From positions 3,700-67,699 of the forward strand of contig JBMOIG010000007.1 of assembly GCA_049317445.1 (NCBI GenBank): 64,000 nt of DNA, in the 5' to 3' direction. Positions 1 through 10,081 of the stretch are shown here, piece by piece; within the stretch, counting starts at the first letter, position 1, and each line of letters begins with the position of its first letter. The notes below the pieces were generated by a model, which was not told the origin of the DNA, ran no database searches, and was given only the letters and a program-made list of their open reading frames with translations. The position numbers and the translations under genes were made by a program. The stretch comes from Myxococcota bacterium (lineage in GTDB: Bacteria > Myxococcota_A > UBA9042).

Positions 1-2728
1 ACCAGTTCGCTCCGACACCGACATCGACGTGCAGGGGCACCGCTAGCTCAGCTGCGCCCGCCATGGCCGTGCGGACCAGCGTGGTGACAGCCTCGACCTC
101 TGCGTGCGGCACCTCCAACACCAGCTCGTCGTGGACTTGCAGCAGGAGCTGGGCCTTGAGTCCGTGGGCTGTCAGCTGACGTTCCACCTCGAGCATCGCG
201 CGCTTGATGATGTCGGCGGCTGTACCCTGCACCGGTGTGTTGACGGCGACCCGCTCTGCTGTGGCGCGGGCCATCTGGTTGCTGCTCGCCAGATCCGGCA
301 ACGGGCGGCGGCGACCGAAGAGGGTGCGGACCTCGCCGGTGCGGCGGGCTTCCTCCAGCGTCGTCTCGACGAACGCCTTCACCCCTGGAAACCGCTCGAA
401 GTAGCGATCGATGAAGGCCTTGGCCTCCTTGACCGACACGTCGATCTGTCGCGCCAGGCGCTGTGGGCCCATGCCGTACAAGATACCGAAATTGATAGTC
501 TTTGCGGCACTTCGCTGCTGCGGCGTCACGAGGTCGGCAAACACGCCGAAGATATCGGCGGCGGTCTGGCGATGGATGTCCAGGCCCTTGCGGAAAGCGT
601 CCAACATGCCGGGTTCATTGGCCATATGCGCCATGATGCGGAGCTCGACTTGACTGTAGTCCGCCGACAGCAACACGCACCCCGTCGCTGCGACGAAGGC
701 CTTGCGGATGCGGCGGCCCTCGACCGAGCGGATCGGGATGTTCTGCAGGTTGGGGTCAGTGGACGAGAGCCGCCCTGTCGCCGCCACGGCTTGGTTGAAG
801 CAAGTGTGGATGCGGCCGGTGCGTGAGTCGATCATGCCCGGCAGCGAGTCGGTGTAGGTGCTCTTGAGCTTGGACAATTGGCGAAACCGCAGCACGCGTG
901 CGGCGATCGGATGGTCCTCGGCCAACCCTTCCAGCACGCTCTGGTCGGTGGACCACCCGGACTGCGTCTTCTTCTTGGCGGGCAACCCCAGCTTGCCGAA
1001 CAGGATCTCTCCCAGTTGGGCGGGCGATTGCACGTTGAAGGGACCGCCGGCCATCGCGAAGATCGCCGCCTCTTCGGCCGCCACCTCGCCGCCCAGCCAC
1101 TCGCTCTGGCGCCCCAGCTCGGCAGGGTCGATCAGGACGCCGCGCCACTCGAGCTCGGCAAGCACCGCACTCAAGGGGATCTCCAGGTCGTCCAGCAGCG
1201 GCCGCAGTCCCAGTTCGACCAATTTCGGCTGCAGCAGGTCCACCGCCCGCAGCGACAGCGCCGCCCTTTGCGCCAGATGCGCCGTCGTCGCCTCGACCGA
1301 CAGGTCGCCCCAGCCTGCAGGCTTGGAGCCCTTGCCGCCGGTGCGCGTAACCTTTCCCAGCACCTCGGCTTCTGGCGGGAAGGTCGTGCCAAGATGGTTG
1401 AACGCGATGTTCTGCAGCGTGTGGGCGTAGCGCTCGGGCTCGATAAGGTAGCTGGCGAGCATCGCGTCCGCCGTCCAGCCAGCGACCTGCAAGCCGTGAC
1501 GCCGTAACACCAGACCGTCGTATTTCGTGTCGTGACCGACCTTGGCGATGGCCGCGTCTTCGAGCAGCGGACGCAGCATTTCGCGCACGGACGTCCACGA
1601 AGGGGGCAACGCCTCGCCCAGCATCCACGCGTGCCGAATCGGGATGTAGAAGGCGCGATCAGGGGTACTGCACAGGGCGACGCCGGCCAGCTCGCCCGTC
1701 ATCGGCGCACTGCGATTCGCGTCCCCGTCCGTGGTCGCGACGGCCAGAGCGAACCGGCCTGCCGCGCGCAACTCCTGAACCAGCTTCTCGATCTGCTTGA
1801 GGTCCAGCAACGCCTCGCAGCGTGTCTGCGCCTGCGCCGTCGGCGGCTCGTCGACGTACTCCCGCAGCAGCCGCTTGAAGCCGAACTCGGCAAACGACCC
1901 GGCGAGCGTCGGACGGTGCTCAGGTTGCCGCGACAGCTGGTCGGCGGTGAACGGCGGCCGCGCGTCGGTCCGCAGCGTCACGAGCTGCCGGGCCAGCCGT
2001 GCTGAAGCCTCTCCCGCCCGCAAAAGGTCTTGTGCACGCTGGGGTTGCACGTGGTCGAGGTTGGCGTAGATGGCGTCGAACGAGCCCCAGTCCTGCAACA
2101 GCTTGACCGCGCCCTTCTCGCCGATGCCAGGCACGCCGGGGATGTTGTCCGACGAATCTCCCATGATCGCCAAGAGATCCCCGACCCGCTCCGGCGGCAC
2201 CCCCCACTTCGCCAGCACGCCCTTCTCGTCGTAGACCGTTCCCTTGCCGTCGTCGAGCTGGCGGATACACCCGCCCAAACCGTTGGGGCAGCGGTCGACG
2301 ACCAACTGCATCAAGTCCTTGTCGCCACTGACGATCGTGACCTCGTAGCCGACCTCGCACGCGCTCTCGGCCAACCCCGCGATCAGGTCGTCGGCCTCGA
2401 AGCCGGGCTCGTGCAGCGCCGGCACCCCAAGCTCCCGCGTCACCCGAATCGCCAGTGGCCACTGCAGCTTGAGGTCTTCGGGCGTCTCAGCGCGGTTGGC
2501 TTTGTAGTTGACGTCCAGATCTTCACGAAAGGTCGCGCCGACGTCGAAACAGACCGCCATCCGGTCGGGCGCCTGCTCGCGCAGAAGCTTGAGCACCATG
2601 GCCGTGAAGCCGTACAGCGCCCCCATTGGCCTGCCGTCCGGAGCCGCGAGCCCGCGCACCGCGTAGTAGGCGCGGAACAGGGCGTGGGAACCGTCGATCA
2701 GGAGGAGCTTCGGGGGGTTCTGGGGCAT
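1..2728 (-). CDS. polA: DNA polymerase I (Pol I), C-terminus truncated by a few residues at the window edge
   Basis: The reverse-strand translation begins MPQNPPKLLLIDGSHALFRAYYA (5'-3' exonuclease N-terminus). The 3'-5' exo-like and polymerase domains follow, and the reading frame ends QVHDELVLEVP...VPLHVDVGVGANW at position 1. The ATG lies at 2728-2726. The gene is not in the ORF track because it has no stop inside the window. Antisense ORFs such as 104..826 and 2030..3082 are rejected. Confidence 0.95.
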   Translation of the reverse strand, partial: MPQNPPKLLLIDGSHALFRAYYAVRGLAAPDGRPMGALYGFTAMVLKLLREQAPDRMAVCFDVGATFREDLDVNYKANRAETPEDLKLQWPLAIRVTRELGVPALHEPGFEADDLIAGLAESACEVGYEVTIVSGDKDLMQLVVDRCPNGLGGCIRQLDDGKGTVYDEKGVLAKWGVPPERVGDLLAIMGDSSDNIPGVPGIGEKGAVKLLQDWGSFDAIYANLDHVQPQRAQDLLRAGEASARLARQLVTLRTDARPPFTADQLSRQPEHRPTLAGSFAEFGFKRLLREYVDEPPTAQAQTRCEALLDLKQIEKLVQELRAAGRFALAVATTDGDANRSAPMTGELAGVALCSTPDRAFYIPIRHAWMLGEALPPSWTSVREMLRPLLEDAAIAKVGHDTKYDGLVLRRHGLQVAGWTADAMLASYLIEPERYAHTLQNIAFNHLGTTFPPEAEVLGKVTRTGGKGSKPAGWGDLSVEATTAHLAQRAALSLRAVDLLQPKLVELGLRPLLDDLEIPLSAVLAELEWRGVLIDPAELGRQSEWLGGEVAAEEAAIFAMAGGPFNVQSPAQLGEILFGKLGLPAKKKTQSGWSTDQSVLEGLAEDHPIAARVLRFRQLSKLKSTYTDSLPGMIDSRTGRIHTCFNQAVAATGRLSSTDPNLQNIPIRSVEGRRIRKAFVAATGCVLLSADYSQVELRIMAHMANEPGMLDAFRKGLDIHRQTAADIFGVFADLVTPQQRSAAKTINFGILYGMGPQRLARQIDVSVKEAKAFIDRYFERFPGVKAFVETTLEEARRTGEVRTLFGRRRPLPDLASSNQMARATAERVAVNTPVQGTAADIIKRAMLEVERQLTAHGLKAQLLLQVHDELVLEVPHAEVEAVTTLVRTAMAGAAELAVPLHVDVGVGANW

Positions 2729-2740
2729 GGAGCTCCCGGG

Positions 2741-4666
2741 CTAGGGCTTGCAGACGACCGGGTAGTCGGTGCAGCAGTCACCATAGCCGGTGCAGGCGGA
2801 GTCGCAATAGCAGGATCCGCCGCCCGGCTTGGGCTGCCCGCTGGTCGTACCGCACTTCCCTTCGCAGGACGGACCCTTGCAGTCGTCGGGGCACGTGGAT
2901 GCTTCGTCACCGTCGCACGACTTGTCGCCGCAGGTAGGGACAAAGGGCCCGCAGTCCTTGGGGCAAGTCTTGCCGGTCTCCTGACCCGCGCACAGGCCGT
3001 CGCCGCAGCCCAGCTTGTCCGGGCACGGCTGGCTGCTGCATTCGCTGCAAAGGGCCACGCAGTCTGCGTCCCAAGCCGTTGAGCAGCAAAGCGGATCCTT
3101 GTCACAGACGCAGGCTTCGCACGCGCACCCGGGGCAGCCCGGGGCCTCGGAGTCCAGGCAGACCGGGCTGCATTGGCCGCAGTCCTTGGCGCAGGTCGCG
3201 CAGTGCTCGGTGCCGTTGCACACGCCATCGCCGCAGACGTTGATCGGCTTGGCACAGGCACCGCAGTCGAGGGTGCAGGACTCGCAGGTCTCGGCGCCCA
3301 TGCACTTGCCGTCGCCACAAAACGAGAAGGCCAGGCAGTCGTTCGGGCAGGTCTCCGTACTCTCAGCGCCCGAGCACTTGTTGTCGCCACACACGGCCGT
3401 CGTCGCACAGACCGGCCCCCCACAGTCGGTCGAGCACTCCTCGACGCAGAGGGAGTCCCAGGCCGACGAGCAGCAGTAGGTGTCCATCTTGCATACGCAG
3501 GCCTCGCAAGCACAGCCGGGGCAAGAGGGAGTGCTTTTCTGGATGCACTCGACCTTGCACGCCCCACAGTCCGCGGGACACGAACCGCAGTTCTCTGTCT
3601 CTGAACAGGTGCCGTCGCCGCAAGCGCCACCGCAGGATCCGCAGTCCTTGGGGCAAGAGGTGCATGCCTCGGTGTCACTGCATATGCTGTCGCCGCAGTA
3701 CGCGACGGGCTCGCAAGTCACGGTCAGCTTCATCGACCCGGTCGCCCCGGCGGGTGCGTCCAGGATGGCGACGCGGCTGGAGCCGGGCTGCAATCCGATG
3801 GTCACCGACGCGCTCACAAAGGCGTCGCACTGCCCGGGGTTGCAGGTGCCGGCGGCCACCGGGGGCAGCAGGAACAGGCCACCACCGGCGGCAAGGGCGT
3901 CTCCCGTCAGCTCCAGCTTGACTACCGCCGGCGTCGCGTCGACGGCGAGACGCACCGCCACCTCGCCCGCGCCGAAGTCGCCGGCCTGGCACTTGTATTG
4001 CGAGAACGTGCTGACACCGATGCCCGCCGTCCACTCGATGGACCCACCGCAGGGCAGTGCCTTGGGCTGGCAAGCCTTGGCCCCACACGAAGACGTGATG
4101 TCGCACGAGCCTTTGGAGCAGGTGCCCTTGCCGCCGCACTGACCCTTGAGCTCGCACGCGGCGCCGTCGGCAGAGAACAGCACCTGACACATGCCCGAGC
4201 CCACGTTGCAGCCCACGTGCATGCAGTCGCCCAACGGGTAGTTCAGGCAGTCGGCGTCGATGGAGCACTTGCCCGCGGCAACCTCTGCCGGCGTGTCGGA
4301 CGCAACGTCCGCATCGGGAACGATCGTGTCATCTTGGCCGTCGTGCGGAACGTCTGCCGCCACGACATCGTCGCTGCCAGCGTCGTCAAGGTCGGCGGTC
4401 TGGTCCGGCGCGATCGTCGTGTCGTCAGCGTCGGCCTGGTCCACGTCCGGCGCGATCGTGTCGACCGCGGTGTCGGTTTGGGGGGTGTCTGGGGTCGTCG
4501 TGTCGGTCTTGATGTCGGCCGCCACAGTGTCGGGGGGCGTCGTCACGTCGTTCGAGGTGCTGGCGGGCGTCACGGTGCCGCTGCAACCGACCGCCAAAAG
4601 GACCACGACCACGACACAAAGGGTGCTGACCCGCCGAAACACGCGGGCTGTCCAGAAGCTATCCAT
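2741..4666 (-). CDS. Cys-rich secreted lipoprotein with myxobacterial-type CGDGxC...C..DCGxC repeats and a C-terminal somatomedin-B-like motif
   Basis: The signal peptide is followed by the lipobox LLAVGC, then a D/T/P-rich linker. At least six repeats fit CGDGxCxGxExxxxCxxDCGxC, and a CPGCACEACVC...CCSxAWDxxCV module occurs twice. The C-terminus SCYCDSACTGYGDCCTDYPVVC matches the somatomedin B Cys pattern. Confidence 0.8.
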   Translation of the reverse strand: MDSFWTARVFRRVSTLCVVVVVLLAVGCSGTVTPASTSNDVTTPPDTVAADIKTDTTTPDTPQTDTAVDTIAPDVDQADADDTTIAPDQTADLDDAGSDDVVAADVPHDGQDDTIVPDADVASDTPAEVAAGKCSIDADCLNYPLGDCMHVGCNVGSGMCQVLFSADGAACELKGQCGGKGTCSKGSCDITSSCGAKACQPKALPCGGSIEWTAGIGVSTFSQYKCQAGDFGAGEVAVRLAVDATPAVVKLELTGDALAAGGGLFLLPPVAAGTCNPGQCDAFVSASVTIGLQPGSSRVAILDAPAGATGSMKLTVTCEPVAYCGDSICSDTEACTSCPKDCGSCGGACGDGTCSETENCGSCPADCGACKVECIQKSTPSCPGCACEACVCKMDTYCCSSAWDSLCVEECSTDCGGPVCATTAVCGDNKCSGAESTETCPNDCLAFSFCGDGKCMGAETCESCTLDCGACAKPINVCGDGVCNGTEHCATCAKDCGQCSPVCLDSEAPGCPGCACEACVCDKDPLCCSTAWDADCVALCSECSSQPCPDKLGCGDGLCAGQETGKTCPKDCGPFVPTCGDKSCDGDEASTCPDDCKGPSCEGKCGTTSGQPKPGGGSCYCDSACTGYGDCCTDYPVVCKP

Positions 4667-4813
4667 GACGATGTTCTCCCCCCCAAATACAAAACAGGAC
4701 GCGCGCGACAGGTCTCGCGGCGCAAGCGGCGAAGTCTACACACGCACGCTCGGCGGCGCAAGGCGCGCAGAACCGCGCAACCGATTGAAACCAAAACCGC
4801 AATTTCAGGCGAT

Positions 4814-5461
4814 TCAGGGGACGTTCAGCAGCGCGACCCGGCAGGGAGAGACTGGCCCGCGGCGGACGACGAGTTCGTCCATCCCGACCACAGCACCGGT
4901 CCAGGCCGTCAGGAAGTCGTCCACGGGGGCCAGCGGAAGGTCGATGCGCGAGTCCAGACAGTGAATCGGCACCGCCCAGGACGGCTGAACCCGGCGCACG
5001 AGCTCGGCGGCCTGAGCGCCGTCCAGCGTGTAGGTTCCGCCCGCGGGCACCAGCAGCACGTCGGCCCCCCGCAGCCAAGCCACGTCGTCGTCGTCGTAGC
5101 CGCCCAAATCGCCGCAGTGCACCACCCGGATGCCGTTGCCGCGCACCGACACCATGCGGATCATGCCCATGCGTGCGCCGCCGTGGACGTCGTGAAATGC
5201 GGGACGGGCTTCCAGCATCACGGACCCCAAGCGCGCCGGAGGGTCGATCCACCGCTGCGTTCCAAGCTCAGGCGTCCAGGAGGCGTGATCCTCGTGTCGA
5301 TGGGTGCAGACGAGGGCGTCGAAAGGACCTTGAATGGCAGGCAGTTGGAAGCGGCCGCCCAGTGCGCCCGGCTTATGTGGGTCCAGACACAACCGCACGC
5401 CGTCAACCGAGAGGTCGAACGCCGCGTGGCCCAGAAATCGCAGCCGGAGCTCGCCGTCCAC
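4814..5461 (-). CDS. Metallo-beta-lactamase fold hydrolase
   Basis: It carries a THRHEDH (HxHxDH) zinc-binding motif and typical MBL spacing of downstream His and Asp residues. The GTG start directly abuts the hpt stop. Confidence 0.75.
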   Translation of the reverse strand: MDGELRLRFLGHAAFDLSVDGVRLCLDPHKPGALGGRFQLPAIQGPFDALVCTHRHEDHASWTPELGTQRWIDPPARLGSVMLEARPAFHDVHGGARMGMIRMVSVRGNGIRVVHCGDLGGYDDDDVAWLRGADVLLVPAGGTYTLDGAQAAELVRRVQPSWAVPIHCLDSRIDLPLAPVDDFLTAWTGAVVGMDELVVRRGPVSPCRVALLNVP

Positions 5462-5998
5462 CTAGTCCGCCTGAAAGCGCATGGCGCCGATGTACGGCAG
5501 GTTGCGGTAGCGCTCGTCGTAGTCCAAGCCGTAGCCGACCACGAACACGTCGTCGATGGTAAACCCGGTGAAGTCGAGCGGCACTTCCACGCGCATGCGC
5601 GCGGGCTTGTGCAGCAGCGTGCAGACCCGCAGCGACTTGGGCTTGCGGGCGCCGAGTGTCCGCAGCAGGTAGTTCATGGTCAGGCCGGTGTCGACGATGT
5701 CCTCGACGATCAGCACGTCGCGGCCGGCGATGTCGAGGGTCAGGTCGTGGGTCAACCGCACGGCGCCAGAGGTCTCCATCGACGCCCCGTAGGAAGCAAC
5801 ACCGAGGAACACGAGGTTGGTCGGCATGTCGATGTGTCGCACGACGTCGGCAAAGAAGATGACCGAACCCTTCAGCACACACACAACCACCAGAGGCTGA
5901 TCCGTGATGCCGGCGGCGGTGATCTCGCGCCCCAATTCGGCGGTGCGGGCGGCGATGATCTCAGCGGACAGATAGGGTTCCACGCTCTCGCGGCTCAT
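5462..5998 (-). CDS. hpt: Hypoxanthine-guanine phosphoribosyltransferase
   Basis: It has the VLKGS..FFADV motif, the PRPP-binding motif VLIVEDIVDTGLT, and a length of 178 aa. Confidence 0.9.
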   Translation of the reverse strand: MSRESVEPYLSAEIIAARTAELGREITAAGITDQPLVVVCVLKGSVIFFADVVRHIDMPTNLVFLGVASYGASMETSGAVRLTHDLTLDIAGRDVLIVEDIVDTGLTMNYLLRTLGARKPKSLRVCTLLHKPARMRVEVPLDFTGFTIDDVFVVGYGLDYDERYRNLPYIGAMRFQAD

Positions 5999-6056
5999 GT
6001 GGCGTTCCTTGCAGGGGAGAGAGATGACGGGGTTGTGGGGCAGAGCCAGGAGACGG

Positions 6057-6875
6057 TCAGGACAGCGCGTTGTTCATGATCTCGCCCATGCCACCGGCAC
6101 CCGGCACGATGTACTGGCGGTCGTTCAGACCGCGCTCGCGGTCCCATTGGGCGCCGGGCATGTCGGCGAGCACGTCGGCAGGCGACAGTCCGCGGTCCAA
6201 GCGATAGGCGTAGACGCTGACCAGACCAGGGAAAGAGCTTGTGACCTTGCGCAGAAACTCTGGTGTCACCATCAGGTTCAGTGCGTAAATGTGCTTGGGC
6301 GGACCGTCGAGTTCGTTCACGTAGAACTGCACGGCCTCGACCAGCGAGCCCCCGGTGGCACCCATCGGGTCGGGGAACAGCAGGATGCGACCGGCGACCG
6401 GACCCGCGATCTTGCTGCCGAAGATGCCGGCCCCCGTGACCTGCTCGTCCACATTGACCAACCGGCTCATCAGGATGTGGTCCTGTCGAACGCGCGTGGG
6501 GTCAAGGATCTCGGTCAGTGCCTCAAAGCAGACCATCGACGGCAGGATGCCCGCGCGCACGATGTCGACCGTCGTGACCTCGATCGAGGGATCGATGACG
6601 GTGCCTTCGTAGTACCCATGCTCAGTGTACTCACGCATCCGGGTTTCGGAGCGCACCACGCGGCGCGGGAATTCCCGATTGATCACCTCGCGCATCAGGC
6701 TGCGGTACAGCATCGAGATGATGCGGTTGACCTCAGGCTGCACGCACGACGGATGGCTGAGCCGGGCCAGCCAAGTCAGCGCCAGAGGGTCGTGCATCAG
6801 GTGCACGTTGGAGCCGTATGCGTGGCGGAGCTCGCCGACGTCGGCATTCACGTCCAAGTAGCACGTCTCGCCCAT
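6057..6875 (-). CDS. Uracil phosphoribosyltransferase-family (type I PRTase) protein
   Basis: The PRPP motif is ILLFPDPMGATGGS, and a C-terminal YIVPGAGGMGE resembles the UPRT YIVPGLGDAGDR motif. I set the start at the internal ATG 6875 (MGETCYLD...). The long Arg-rich N-terminal extension to 7076 overlaps yggS and is rejected. Confidence 0.7.
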   Translation of the reverse strand: MGETCYLDVNADVGELRHAYGSNVHLMHDPLALTWLARLSHPSCVQPEVNRIISMLYRSLMREVINREFPRRVVRSETRMREYTEHGYYEGTVIDPSIEVTTVDIVRAGILPSMVCFEALTEILDPTRVRQDHILMSRLVNVDEQVTGAGIFGSKIAGPVAGRILLFPDPMGATGGSLVEAVQFYVNELDGPPKHIYALNLMVTPEFLRKVTSSFPGLVSVYAYRLDRGLSPADVLADMPGAQWDRERGLNDRQYIVPGAGGMGEIMNNALS

Positions 6876-7053
6876 GGCGTGCCTCGCGCGGGGGGAAATA
6901 GGGGGGAGGATGGGGACCGTGTCGGGCCGGACGGTGTTGCCTGTCCGGGCGCGGCGGACCTTGGCCCGGTCGGGGATCGGCGTCAAGCCAACGGGTGCAA
7001 CATTCGTGCAACACCGTCGGTCCCGGACGGAGTCTTTGAAGTCTCGCGACGGG

Positions 7054-7776
7054 TCAGGTGTAGGTCCGCGAACCAAAGATCGCGGTGCCGATGCGGACGT
7101 GAGTGGCTCCCTCGGCGATAGCGGTCGAGAAGTCGCCGCTCATGCCCATCGAGAGCGACCACTCGGCGGGCACACCAGGCTGGTCCTGCCACTGCGCAGC
7201 AAGCCGGTCGCGCAGACCACTGAGCTGGGCGAACCAAAGTCGGGCCTGCTGCGGGTCGTCCTCGACCGGATGCAGCGTCATCAGCCCAAGCAGACGCAAC
7301 CCTGGAGAACGACAGAGCACCTGCACGAACTCGTCGGCTTCTGCTTCGGTACAGCCCCGCTTGCTCGCCTCTTGCGCCAGATTGACCTGCAACAGGACGT
7401 CCTGGCGTATGCCGCGGCTCCACGCCACCCGGGCAAGCTCCCCAATCCCAGCCATGTCGTCGGCCGAGTGCAGCAAGAACACGTTGCCCACCACAAGCTT
7501 GACCTTGTTGCGCTGCAGATGCCCGACGAAGTGCCAGCGCAGGTCGGTCAAGTCCGCCAGCGCCTGCGCCTTGACCTGCCATTCCTGCACGTAGTTCTCA
7601 CCGAAATCGCGCTGCCCGGCCGCGTAGGCATCGCGAATCGCTTGTGCGGGATGCCCCTTCGACACGGCCACCAAGGTCACGTCGGCAGGGTCCCGGCCAG
7701 CGGCACGGCAGGCATCGGACAGCCGCCCGCGAACCTCTTGAAGTCGCTGGACAATCGTCTTGGGTTCGTCGGTCAT
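7054..7776 (-). CDS. yggS: YggS/YlmE-family PLP-binding homeostasis protein
   Basis: Family motifs present are VSKGHP, FGENYVQE, WHFVGHLQRNK, LSMGMSGDF and THVRIGTAIFG. Confidence 0.9.
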   Translation of the reverse strand: MTDEPKTIVQRLQEVRGRLSDACRAAGRDPADVTLVAVSKGHPAQAIRDAYAAGQRDFGENYVQEWQVKAQALADLTDLRWHFVGHLQRNKVKLVVGNVFLLHSADDMAGIGELARVAWSRGIRQDVLLQVNLAQEASKRGCTEAEADEFVQVLCRSPGLRLLGLMTLHPVEDDPQQARLWFAQLSGLRDRLAAQWQDQPGVPAEWSLSMGMSGDFSTAIAEGATHVRIGTAIFGSRTYT

Positions 7777-7807
7777 GGCTTGTTCAGGCGGGCAAGGTGC
7801 GCGCGGG

Positions 7808-8470
7808 CTAGGCCCACGGCATCACGTCCTTCGCGCCCATCTCCTGCATCATCTCGACGACCTGGCACAGCGGCAGGCCGACGACGTTGGTGTACGACCC
7901 CTGCAGGTACTCGACGAGGTACGAGCCCACGCCCTGAACCGCGTAAGCCCCCGCCTTGTCCATGCTTTCCCCGACGGACACATACTGGTCGACCTCGCCG
8001 CGGGTCAGTTCCTTGAACTTCACGACGGTGGTGACGGCTTGCAGCCCCTCGCGGTTGCGCTTCAGGTCGAATAGACAAAACCCCGTAATCACCAAGTGTT
8101 CTCTGCCAGAAAGGCGCATCAGCATCTCGCGCGCCTCTTGCACGTCCGCTGGCTTGCCGAAGATCACGTCGTCGACCACGACCACCGTGTCCGCGCCGAT
8201 CACCCAGCGCACCGGGTCATCGCCGCGCGGCTGGGCCGACATCAGCTGGCGCCGGGCTTCCACGTCAGAAGTGTAGATCGTCGCCTGCAACCGCTTGACC
8301 GCCATCAGGACTTTGGTGCGGGCCATGCGCTTGGCGTAGTCCTCCGGCAGCTCTCCCGCCTGCTGGGACTCATCGATGTTGGCCTGCACCACGCGCAGGG
8401 TGAAGCCCAGCCTCTCGAGCAACTCCTTGCGGCGCGGCGAGCTGGACGCAAGCGTCAGGGGGGCGGCCAT
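7808..8470 (-). CDS. maf: Maf-family nucleoside triphosphate pyrophosphatase (septum formation protein)
   Basis: Motifs LASSSPRRKELLERLG, ADTVVVVDDVIFGKP, KAGAYAVQG and NVVGLPL are present. Confidence 0.9.
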   Translation of the reverse strand: MAAPLTLASSSPRRKELLERLGFTLRVVQANIDESQQAGELPEDYAKRMARTKVLMAVKRLQATIYTSDVEARRQLMSAQPRGDDPVRWVIGADTVVVVDDVIFGKPADVQEAREMLMRLSGREHLVITGFCLFDLKRNREGLQAVTTVVKFKELTRGEVDQYVSVGESMDKAGAYAVQGVGSYLVEYLQGSYTNVVGLPLCQVVEMMQEMGAKDVMPWA

Positions 8471-8514
8471 GGCGGGCTCCGTTCATCAGCAGGTGGAGTG
8501 CGGTGCAGGTCGGT

Positions 8515-8760
8515 TCAGGACTGGGGGCCGGCGGCCATGCGAGAGCGGCGTTCCCGGCGGGCGGCGACCTTGGCTTCGTGCTTGCGTCGGCGCTCCAGGC
8601 GAGCCTGGGTCCAGCGGGCCAGCATGGGGTCCTCGCCCAAGAACACGCGGCCGATCAGGTTGCCGATCTTGGGCAACAGCGACCCCAGCAGCGTCACCGC
8701 GGTGGCCAACGTGATGACGACCCACTCGATGGGGGTCAGCTGGGACAGGTCGTGAAGCAC
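8515..8760 (-). CDS. Small single-pass membrane protein (weak TatA/E-like N-terminus), hypothetical
   Basis: It is 81 aa with one transmembrane helix (WVVITLATAVTLLGSLLPKIGNLIG) and a basic C-terminal tail. It lies between maf and the next minus-strand gene. Its similarity to TatA is only loose. Confidence 0.4.
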   Translation of the reverse strand: MLHDLSQLTPIEWVVITLATAVTLLGSLLPKIGNLIGRVFLGEDPMLARWTQARLERRRKHEAKVAARRERRSRMAAGPQS

Positions 8761-8803
8761 GGCGTTCTCGCAGCAGGAGGAAGAGGCGTGTCAGCGGGCG
8801 TGG

Positions 8804-10081
8804 CTACAAGCTGTTCAGCTTGTCGCCCAGATCCTTCATCTTGTCGACGGCGCCTTGGGCCTTCTTGACCGTGCCATCGACACGCTTGCCCATCGCTTCG
8901 ACCTGACCATAGGCCCGCTCTGGCGTGGACACGATCTTGTTGACGTCGTTGATGGCCGCCTCGGGCTGGGCCAGGATCTTGTTCTGCTTGTTTCGCGCGG
9001 CTGCAATCGAGTCATCGACGGAATCGGGGCCGATGCTGTCCGCCTTCTGCTTGCCATCGACCGTCGTGACCTTGGCACCCCAGCGGATGATCAGGTCGTA
9101 CTTCGTGTCGAACGTGATCGGATCCAGCCGTGTTTTCGGGTGGTTCAGCAGCTCGGCGATCAGGGCGGTTTGCGCCTTGGCGTGCGGCTTGAACAGCACG
9201 ATCGGGAACTCCTGCGGCTTGTCGAGCACCCCAAGCTCGCGCGACTTGTGTCCCAGACCCTCCAGCACCTTCTCGATGTTCTCGATGGCCGGCTCACCCG
9301 GGCGACCAATCGTGTTGACGATCTGAATCCGGATGTAGCCGGTGATGCGCTTGAAGTCGGGGTCTTCACGCAGCGGCACGAGATCGGCGTCGCCTCGCGC
9401 TTTGATCAGGCGTTCAGACGAGGCGTCGGTCCCCAGATCGGCCAAGTTCTGCAGGTGCTTCAGGGCGCTCTGCTTGCGGTCCGGCAGGTTCGCCTCAGCG
9501 CAGACCAGATTGTACAGCGCGAACTCGGAGCGCGGGTCCTTGGCCACCGCCTTCTCCAGCTGGTCGGCGCCTTGGGCCCACTTCTGCTTCTTCAGCAGCT
9601 TGACCCCGCCCTCGGCGAGGTCAGCGGCTTCCTTCTTGTCGGCGTCACGCGTCGGCGGGGGGTCGTAGCGGATGCGCGGGGCCTCAGCGGCAGGGGCGCC
9701 GGTCTTGGGCGTGACGGCAGCGGCGGGTTGCGCACTGCGGGCGGGCACCTTGATCTCCAGACGGTAGAGGCCCTCTCGCGCCAAGCGCCATCCCTTGTCG
9801 CTGGAGTCGTAGAGGTAGCGCAGGCCCTTCTCGATGGTGGCGCGCTCGGCCTTGGACAGCTTGTCCAGCTGCGCCTCCGCGTTGAAGCGGTCGGCACACT
9901 GCATCAGCACCTTCTCGTCGGCCGCTGCGGGCGCATCGAAAGCCTGCAGGCAGTCCTTCTTCCCGCCATCCCAGTCATTGGCGCAGACCACGGACGGCAG
10001 ACAAAGAAGCGCGACGGCGAGGGCGAACGCCCCGTGCGGGACACGGAAAGGGAAGTGGACCGGAAGACGGCTGGTCGACAT
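8804..10081 (-). CDS. Secreted Lys-rich hypothetical protein
   Basis: The start is the internal ATG at 10081 (MSTSRLP...ALAVALLCLPSVVCA signal peptide). The composition is normal, K/E/D-rich, unlike the Arg-rich antisense ORF 8855..10696. Confidence 0.65.
   Translation of the reverse strand: MSTSRLPVHFPFRVPHGAFALAVALLCLPSVVCANDWDGGKKDCLQAFDAPAAADEKVLMQCADRFNAEAQLDKLSKAERATIEKGLRYLYDSSDKGWRLAREGLYRLEIKVPARSAQPAAAVTPKTGAPAAEAPRIRYDPPPTRDADKKEAADLAEGGVKLLKKQKWAQGADQLEKAVAKDPRSEFALYNLVCAEANLPDRKQSALKHLQNLADLGTDASSERLIKARGDADLVPLREDPDFKRITGYIRIQIVNTIGRPGEPAIENIEKVLEGLGHKSRELGVLDKPQEFPIVLFKPHAKAQTALIAELLNHPKTRLDPITFDTKYDLIIRWGAKVTTVDGKQKADSIGPDSVDDSIAAARNKQNKILAQPEAAINDVNKIVSTPERAYGQVEAMGKRVDGTVKKAQGAVDKMKDLGDKLNSL

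Noticed and set aside
104-826. 240-aa plus-strand ORF and neighbouring ORFs to 3082
   Set aside because: They are antisense or off-frame to polA, which reads continuously on the minus strand from 2728 to 1.
3998-6079. 693-aa plus-strand ORF
   Set aside because: It spans the antisense of the Cys-rich lipoprotein, MBL and hpt genes and has Arg/Gly/Val-rich junk composition.
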